The translations under genes and the position numbers were made by a program. A stretch of 13,156 nucleotides of DNA from assembly GCA_034722055.1 (NCBI GenBank), contig JAYENL010000060.1, positions 1 through 13,156 of the forward strand, read 5' to 3'. Of the stretch, positions 7,554 to 13,156 are shown piece after piece; the first letter of the stretch is position 1, and each line of letters opens with the position of its first letter. The notes under the pieces were generated by a model that saw only the letters and a program-made list of their open reading frames with translations, was not told the DNA's origin and did not search any database. The stretch is from Armatimonadota bacterium (lineage in GTDB: Bacteria; Armatimonadota; Zipacnadia; Zipacnadales; UBA5352).

Positions 7554-8561
7554 TCAGGGCATGTTGCCTTGTATTCCCCCATGAGTTCGCAGCCCCTCAG
7601 ACCGCGCAACCACGTAAAGCGGCCGGCTCTGTACTGCGCGATAGGTCCTCCCCAAATACTCACCTACAATGCCCAACATGACTAGCTGCGTACCACCGAG
7701 GATCACAAGGACCAGCATCAGTGATGTCCATCCCGGCACTGGCCTCGCCGTAAAGACCTTCATCAAGAACGCATACAGCCCGTAAATCAGTCCCACGCCT
7801 ACCGCGCCCAAGCCAAGGTAGATAGCAAGACGCAGAGGTAGCACGGAGAATGACATTGCAGCATCGACCGCAAGTCCCAACAGCTTCCGCCAGCCGTATT
7901 TGGTCTGTCCTGCGTGGCGCGCTTCGGCTCTGTAATGAACATGTGCTTGCGGGAAGCCAATCCAGTGGACCAATCCTCGCAGGAAGCGGTCCGGCTCCCC
8001 ACAGGCACAGAGAGCGCTCGCCGCTGCAGAGTCAAGCAGGCGGAAATCGGTGGTCCCCAGAGGAAGCTTCAGGCCGGTCAACCCGTTCAAGACCCTGTAG
8101 AAAAGCCGCGATGAGGCCTCTTTGGCCCAACCAGCGCCCTCCGTCTCATCGCGTATCGCGACCACAATGGCAGAGCCTTCGCGCCATCTTTCCACTAGTT
8201 CAGGTATCAGTTCTGGGGGATGCTGCAGATCCGCGTCAAGAGAGATGATAGCCTCACCAGAGGCGTACTCCAACCCGGCTGACAACGCGACCTCTTTCCC
8301 GAAGTTGCGTGAGAACTCGACGAGCTTCACTCTATCATCCTGGGCTCGAGCCGCAGCCACAACTGCAGTAGTGTTGTCCGAGCTGCCGTCATCGACGAAG
8401 ATCACCTCAAAGCCCGATGCCACTCCCTCCAGCACGGGAATGAGTCTGTCCAGCAGAGGCCGGACGTTGTCCTCTTCATTGAAGCAAGGCACCACTACAG
8501 ACAACTGAGGACTGGACTCTGCACCAGAGTCAAGCTGCGATTCCGAGTTCATGTACCTCAC
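7554..8561 (-). CDS. Polyprenol-phosphate glycosyltransferase, GT2 (GtrB/ArnC/YkoT-like)
   Basis: LSVVVPCFNEE, FVDDGSSD, FSRNFGKEVALSAGL, DADLQHPPE, DFRLLD, RFLRGLVHWIGF, R-x-AG-x-TKY, two TM helices, GWTSL and GIVGEYLGR...RPLY. GTGA overlap with the upstream gene; alternative ATG at 8552. Confidence 0.95.
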   Translation of the reverse strand: MRYMNSESQLDSGAESSPQLSVVVPCFNEEDNVRPLLDRLIPVLEGVASGFEVIFVDDGSSDNTTAVVAAARAQDDRVKLVEFSRNFGKEVALSAGLEYASGEAIISLDADLQHPPELIPELVERWREGSAIVVAIRDETEGAGWAKEASSRLFYRVLNGLTGLKLPLGTTDFRLLDSAAASALCACGEPDRFLRGLVHWIGFPQAHVHYRAEARHAGQTKYGWRKLLGLAVDAAMSFSVLPLRLAIYLGLGAVGVGLIYGLYAFLMKVFTARPVPGWTSLMLVLVILGGTQLVMLGIVGEYLGRTYRAVQSRPLYVVARSEGLRTHGGIQGNMP

Positions 8562-9079
8562 TGGGCCCGACCCCCTTCCCAGATAGGCGCGTTATTGCTG
8601 CTCGTATCCGCATTCTGGACAATCAAGACACGGAACTGCACGATTTCCGTGCTGCTACGGTAGTGACCACTATAGGTCCCACACTCGCCAGGCAACAGAG
8701 TCTGGGGCTGGCATGGAACGATCTCGTGGACCACAGGGCTGCCGCGCCTGTCGTAGCCGTGCGCTACAGCGTGTAGGCCGGAAAGACTGCGGTCTGTCGG
8801 GTTGGACACTATGCCCCCGAATCCCCCCGGTTCCCCGCCGCTTCGGGGTTGTGGTCTCCACCACCGGTTGACCTTGCCTACGGGTGCTGGGTCTGCAACG
8901 TTGGGTTCTTCCCTGGGCAATGCCGCGTAGTTGCGGAGGTTAGGGTCGGCCTCCAGTCTTTGACCTATTGTTCGAAGGTCCAAAAGGAGCCAAACATACC
9001 CGACTGTGAAGGTCAGCACCGCTAAGAACGTGACAGCTCCGCCATACCGGTTGCGCAGGATTGTGGGTAGTCGAGCCAT
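8558..9079 (-). CDS. Membrane-anchored protein with FxLYD-like (Ig-like beta-sandwich) domain
   Basis: Basic N-terminus, single TM helix, Pro-rich linker, then G-x-V-x-N...A-x-x-YD-x-x-G...L-x-PG pattern resembling FxLYD domains. Start placed at ATG 9079 because GAGGAG lies 7 nt upstream (ORF track gives 9094). Confidence 0.6.
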   Translation of the reverse strand: MARLPTILRNRYGGAVTFLAVLTFTVGYVWLLLDLRTIGQRLEADPNLRNYAALPREEPNVADPAPVGKVNRWWRPQPRSGGEPGGFGGIVSNPTDRSLSGLHAVAHGYDRRGSPVVHEIVPCQPQTLLPGECGTYSGHYRSSTEIVQFRVLIVQNADTSSNNAPIWEGGRAQ

Positions 9080-9201
9080 CGTACGTCTCCTCATTCCGCG
9101 TCATGGCTTCCGTTGTCGTGTGCACAGCGTCAGTGGCAGCCAAGCTGAGCGTGATGTCGGGTCCTGCCTGTCCCATTGCGGCTATGGGGCTATGGGCCGG
9201 C

Positions 9202-11118
9202 TCACATCAGCCTTTGGTCATACCAGAGCTCAAACAGTAACAGCCGCCACACCGGCTTGTGCCAGTCGGGTGCGCCATTCCTGTCTGACAGCAAGTGTCG
9301 CACTGCCTCAGATCGGAAGAGACCGCTCCTCGACGTCTCTCCGTTGAGCAGGTAGTCGCTCACAAGGCCTTCCAGCGATCTGTCAAGCCATCGCGGCACG
9401 GGAGCCGTGAATCCCTGTTTCCTACGCTCAAACACCCTCCGTGGTACGTACCGCACTGCCAACTCCTTCAACAGGTACTTCGAGGCCTCCGGATGCGCTC
9501 GTAGTCGTGGTGGGAGGGAGGCGGCGAACTCGACTACCTTATGATCAAGCAAAGGTGAGCGGCACTCCAATCCGAAGGCCATTGAGGCGATCTCCACCTT
9601 CGGAATCAGCAGATGAGCCAGCGTCCCAACGATGTCCGCATGTTGGATTGCGGCCAGAGAGTCCACGGTGGTGCTCCGCAGGGCATCGATCACCGCCGAG
9701 GGGTAGGACGGCGCTGATACGCTCGCAGAGCCGTCGGGTGTGAGTACCGACTCAATACCACCGTTTCCGAAGATCTCTCTGTGCTCCCAGTATCGGTACT
9801 CAAGTGGTCTCGCGAGTCTGACGGCCCCACCCGCGGCATCGGATGCAGACGGTAGCACGCGCCCGACCAGCCGCAGGAGCCCTGAAGCGGCACCGAAGAC
9901 ATGGGGGTAGACCGCCTCGGGCAGCATTCTCATTATGGCTCGTCGAGCACCCCGAGAGCTGTCCCAGGGCATCGGCAAGCCGCGAATGTGGTAATACCGG
10001 CCGTACCCGCCGAACAGCTCATCTCCCCCATCGCCATTGAGTGCGACGGTCACGCGGCGCCTCGTCAACTCCGACAAGATGAACGTCGGAAGAGCAGAGC
10101 TGTCAGAGAAGGGCTCACTGTACTGCCGCGCTATTCGTTGCACCAATTCCGGAGAGACTTCCGGCATCTCCAGGACCTGATGCTCGGTGCCAAGCACTTC
10201 GGCAGCCTCGCTGGCGTACTGCCGCTCGTCAAGGTCCTCGTCACGGAACCCGATGCAGAAGGTTCGCACCGGCCTGTCCGTATTGCGGGCCATCATTCCT
10301 ACGACCAGACTCGAGTCCACGCCACCGCTCAGGAATGCGCCAATGGGCACATCGGCAACCATACGGAGCCGAACCGCTTCCTCGACGACCTCCTCCAGAG
10401 CCTCCAAAGCGGGCCCGACCTTCTTCGGTCCATCATGCGTGAATTCGAGCTGCCAGTAGCGCTCGATCCGAAGCTGACCGCGCTGGTGAACCGCGATATG
10501 CGCAGGCGGCAGCTTCCGAACTTGTCGGTAGATGCTCGCGGGGGCGGTTATGAAGCCCCAGCGCAAGTACTGAGAGAGCCCATCGGGATCCATCTCCGAG
10601 GAGACCTCAGGATCCCGAAGCAGCGCACCCGATTCGGAAGCGAAGACGAGCCCGCGCGAGGTCTTCGCGTAGACGAGCGGTTTCTGGCCGAGCCTGTCCC
10701 TGGCCAGCAGCAGCTTGTGCTTCTCCTCATCCCAGAGGGCGAAGGCAAACATGCCGCGAAACCGGCGCACGCACTGGTCGCCGTACTGCTCGTACGCATG
10801 GATGATGACCTCGGTGTCGGATTGCGTGCGGAAACGGTGGCCGAGCTTCTCCAGTTGCTCGCGCAACTCCAGGAAGTTGTAGATCTCGCCGTTGTAGCTG
10901 ACGCAGACCGTCCTGCCTGCGTTGCACATCGGTTGGGCGCCACCCGCCAGATCGATGATGGCGAGACGCACGTGTCCCAGACTTGCACTGGGGAAGCTCT
11001 CCTGCCCACTGCCATCCGGCCCGCGATGTGCCAAGGCCTCCATCATCTGGCGGACGACGCTGATGTCATCACTGGCGAGTTGGCCAGTATCGACGGTCTT
11101 CCCGCAAACGCCGCACAT
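9202..11118 (-). CDS. asnB: Asparagine synthase (glutamine-hydrolysing) family amidotransferase
   Basis: Ntn nucleophile start MCGVCG, HRGPD, LGHVRLAIIDL, YNGEIYN, SDTEV, RDRLGQKPL, PP-loop LSGGVDSS, GDGGDELFGGY, R-x-PLLD and KQGF. Cys must be N-terminal, so the start is 11118 rather than 11187; AAGGA lies upstream. Confidence 0.95.
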   Translation of the reverse strand: MCGVCGKTVDTGQLASDDISVVRQMMEALAHRGPDGSGQESFPSASLGHVRLAIIDLAGGAQPMCNAGRTVCVSYNGEIYNFLELREQLEKLGHRFRTQSDTEVIIHAYEQYGDQCVRRFRGMFAFALWDEEKHKLLLARDRLGQKPLVYAKTSRGLVFASESGALLRDPEVSSEMDPDGLSQYLRWGFITAPASIYRQVRKLPPAHIAVHQRGQLRIERYWQLEFTHDGPKKVGPALEALEEVVEEAVRLRMVADVPIGAFLSGGVDSSLVVGMMARNTDRPVRTFCIGFRDEDLDERQYASEAAEVLGTEHQVLEMPEVSPELVQRIARQYSEPFSDSSALPTFILSELTRRRVTVALNGDGGDELFGGYGRYYHIRGLPMPWDSSRGARRAIMRMLPEAVYPHVFGAASGLLRLVGRVLPSASDAAGGAVRLARPLEYRYWEHREIFGNGGIESVLTPDGSASVSAPSYPSAVIDALRSTTVDSLAAIQHADIVGTLAHLLIPKVEIASMAFGLECRSPLLDHKVVEFAASLPPRLRAHPEASKYLLKELAVRYVPRRVFERRKQGFTAPVPRWLDRSLEGLVSDYLLNGETSRSGLFRSEAVRHLLSDRNGAPDWHKPVWRLLLFELWYDQRLM

Positions 11119-11146
11119 AGTCTCTGTTCCTTCACTTGCGTCGCCG

Positions 11147-12643
11147 CTACTTGACCCGCTCTGCACGATCGACATGCTGATCGGCAACAGGCTCCGCTGG
11201 TCGGCTTCTCACGAACGCCTGCGGATGACCGACCACTACACCGTACCAGAAGAACATGAGGGCCATTGGCGCTGTGAATGAGTACACATTGTGTACGTAG
11301 CCGATTCCGCCCCAAGCGACCAGGGCACCCAGTACGGCAACAATCAGTCCCCGGTCGATACGTCCGTCGTGATTGCCTTGCGTGTAGATCCGCAACATCG
11401 ACTTGAGGAGCGAGATCGCTAGGGCTAAGGCCAACATGGCACCGACCGTGCCAAACTCCAGCAGCAGGGCGATGTATACGTTGTGGAGGGCAGCTCCCTC
11501 TTCGGCGACTTCCGCCACGCTTCTCTCTCTACTACCCCACATGAGAACTCGCCTGTTCTCGAGCTGCGAGGTGTCTATGTGTGTCATGGCCGAGTCCCCT
11601 TGGTACGGGCCTACTCCGAAGAGAGGATGCCACCGCGACGAACGCAGAGTAGCAAACGCTGCTTCGCGGTAGGCAACGCGAGACTCGTCAGTCTCATCGA
11701 AGCGATCCAGCAAGTCGCTGCCGGCAGCGGTCATCGACCAGGGGATATACGCGAGCGCGCCGATGATCAGCGCCTTTATGGCGGCGGACCGCGTCCTGGG
11801 GGCTAACAGGCAGACCCCGGCGACTACCAGCAATAGCGCGGTTGCCGCCCGCTGATCGGTGCGGGTGATGGCATACGCATTCACAAGCAAACCGAGAAAC
11901 GAGAGCCCGCGTCCCCAGCTTGACGTGGCCGAGCTCCCCATGTAGATGAACAGGGAGGGCCACATGACCATGTATGCTGCCGCTGTCCAGAAGTGGCCGA
12001 ATGGTCCCGTGGCACGTCCTCCGTGCGTAGAGTAGATCGGGCTAGATCCAGCCCTGTCCTGCACGATCATGACAATGCCCTGCAGAGCCACAACCGCCAG
12101 ACCTATCTTGATCAATCGCACAAGCTTCCTGTGGTCCAGTGGCACCAGCCGGACCAAGTAGTAGAGCCCCATGGGATACAGAATCTTGTTGCCGTACTTC
12201 TTCCACTCCCAAGCGAGGTGGCCGGTAAAAAAGAGGCTAATCAGGCCCGCTACCCCCAGGCCGATGACCAGGAGATCCGGCCAGATGGGCTTGGGCAGCT
12301 CTCTCGACTTGAGAGCCCGTAACAGGCACAAGCCAAGAAGGACGGGCATTATGATTTGAAGAGGATTCCCGATGTTATGCCCCAGGAACGAGTTGTATGT
12401 ACGCTCCACTGGAATCACTGTAAGCACAACCACGAGCACTGTTGCGCCCCAGTACGGGTCGTAAAGGGTAGCGAGGGCCAAAGCGAAGCCTATGGTCACC
12501 AGGATTGCGATGGCGGCGTTGTATTGGATCGTCACGCCGGCTACCAGCAGACCGAGAAGACCCAGAGCGGCAAGTACGAGCACCGCTGAGCTTCGGCGAA
12601 GCTCCGTTCGTCCTGGAAGGTACGACTGCACTAACGTGCTCAC
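11147..12643 (-). CDS. O-antigen ligase / Wzy-like polymerase family membrane protein
   Basis: Polytopic, 498 aa, with RATGPFGH, T-x-x-R after a TM segment, and Wzy_C-type loop ESR...HPLFGVG...HNVYIALLLEFG. GAGGAGG RBS before GTG 12643. Confidence 0.85.
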   Translation of the reverse strand: MSTLVQSYLPGRTELRRSSAVLVLAALGLLGLLVAGVTIQYNAAIAILVTIGFALALATLYDPYWGATVLVVVLTVIPVERTYNSFLGHNIGNPLQIIMPVLLGLCLLRALKSRELPKPIWPDLLVIGLGVAGLISLFFTGHLAWEWKKYGNKILYPMGLYYLVRLVPLDHRKLVRLIKIGLAVVALQGIVMIVQDRAGSSPIYSTHGGRATGPFGHFWTAAAYMVMWPSLFIYMGSSATSSWGRGLSFLGLLVNAYAITRTDQRAATALLLVVAGVCLLAPRTRSAAIKALIIGALAYIPWSMTAAGSDLLDRFDETDESRVAYREAAFATLRSSRWHPLFGVGPYQGDSAMTHIDTSQLENRRVLMWGSRERSVAEVAEEGAALHNVYIALLLEFGTVGAMLALALAISLLKSMLRIYTQGNHDGRIDRGLIVAVLGALVAWGGIGYVHNVYSFTAPMALMFFWYGVVVGHPQAFVRSRPAEPVADQHVDRAERVK

Positions 12644-12650
12644 ACGCCGA

Positions 12651-12657
12651 CCTCCTC
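12651..12657 (-). promoter_or_regulatory. Ribosome binding site GAGGAGG for the Wzy/ligase-like gene
   Basis: Plus strand cctcctc at 12651-12657, 7 nt from GTG 12643. Confidence 0.75.
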
Positions 12658-12667
12658 GTGCCGCCTT

Positions 12668-13156
12668 TTACATCGTACTGACCTTGTCGGCGACACCGAG
12701 ATAGAACCTCTCCATGGAATCGTGGATTCTCTGCTTCCTCTCTGCGCCGAACAGGCGGCCGGGAATGAGCTGCGTCGCAAGGCGCACATCCGCTGGTTCC
12801 AGTCTTCTGCGCAGAAACACCAGGTACAAGCACACCGCGAGCGGTAGGCCCGCAAGGGCAGCCAACGGGCTTGCGGTCACCAGTTGCAGCCCCACTGTTA
12901 GGCCGACTCCCAGCACGACGCCAGCTCCTCCCAGTAGCAGGCCGCTTGTCGAGTGTGCTGTCCGCAAAGTCCGTCTGAGTAGGTATACGCTGAGCGGTAC
13001 CACAAGCGTGACGGTCAGCAGTCGGCCAAGGGCTGCACCGAGGCCCGCGAGCTGCACCGTCAAGAGGGCGATGAGACCGAGTGAGAGTGTCGTGTGAGTC
13101 GCGTCCAGAAGGAGCATGTGCCAGCGGTTCCCGATGACGAGGATGTGGCGCCGATA
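12668..13156 (-). CDS. C-terminal part of a probable polysaccharide flippase (Wzx/MOP exporter), 5'-truncated
   Basis: Frame stays open to the window edge (YRRHILVIGNRWHMLL...). Consecutive TM helices with GLGAALG and a terminal Y...L...L-x-x-x-D pattern resemble Wzx C-termini; the position beside a Wzy-like gene fits. Confidence 0.6.
   Translation of the reverse strand, partial: YRRHILVIGNRWHMLLLDATHTTLSLGLIALLTVQLAGLGAALGRLLTVTLVVPLSVYLLRRTLRTAHSTSGLLLGGAGVVLGVGLTVGLQLVTASPLAALAGLPLAVCLYLVFLRRRLEPADVRLATQLIPGRLFGAERKQRIHDSMERFYLGVADKVSTM

Noticed and set aside
7184..7685. Small ORFs spanning the 7336-7553 gap as a candidate GtrA or leader peptide
   Set aside because: None is hydrophobic like GtrA, all overlap neighbouring genes, and no convincing motifs were seen.
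9181..9196. Tandem gctatggg x2 just downstream of asnB
   Set aside because: Two copies of 8 nt is within chance expectation; no array or terminator structure.
9901..11154. 417-aa plus-strand ORF
   Set aside because: Codon-register antisense shadow of the asnB-like gene; no recognisable motifs; expected with high GC3.
11119..11187. 23-aa N-terminal extension of AsnB in the ORF track
   Set aside because: Ntn amidotransferases need Cys at the N-terminus; the extension overlaps the upstream gene and an RBS-like AAGGA precedes ATG 11118.
1..13156. Defence system, RiPP (lasso cyclase-like AsnB), CRISPR or mobile element
   Set aside because: No repeat-spacer array, transposase/integrase, precursor peptide or lasso B protein was seen; the AsnB retains a full glutaminase domain and the context is entirely glycan-related.

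Overview
GC-rich bacterial-type DNA carrying one co-directional (all minus-strand), tightly packed cell-surface glycan biosynthesis/modification cluster. In transcription order (right to left): 5'-truncated probable Wzx-type flippase, O-antigen ligase/Wzy-like membrane protein, AsnB-family glutamine amidotransferase, small membrane-anchored FxLYD-like protein, GtrB/ArnC-type GT2, a GT-C membrane glycosyltransferase whose motifs recall eukaryotic ALG10/DIE2, a UPF0104/LPG-synthase-TM putative flippase, a second (ArnT/PMT-like) GT-C, a second DPM-like GT2, a GT4 and an HddA-like GHMP sugar kinase. The most interesting observations are the ALG10-like transferase and the apparent doubling of a lipid-phosphate-sugar (GT2 + flippase + GT-C) glycosylation module with no GtrA-type flippase in view. 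No RNA genes, mobile elements or CRISPR arrays were recognised. Family assignments come from motif recognition by eye, not database searches.
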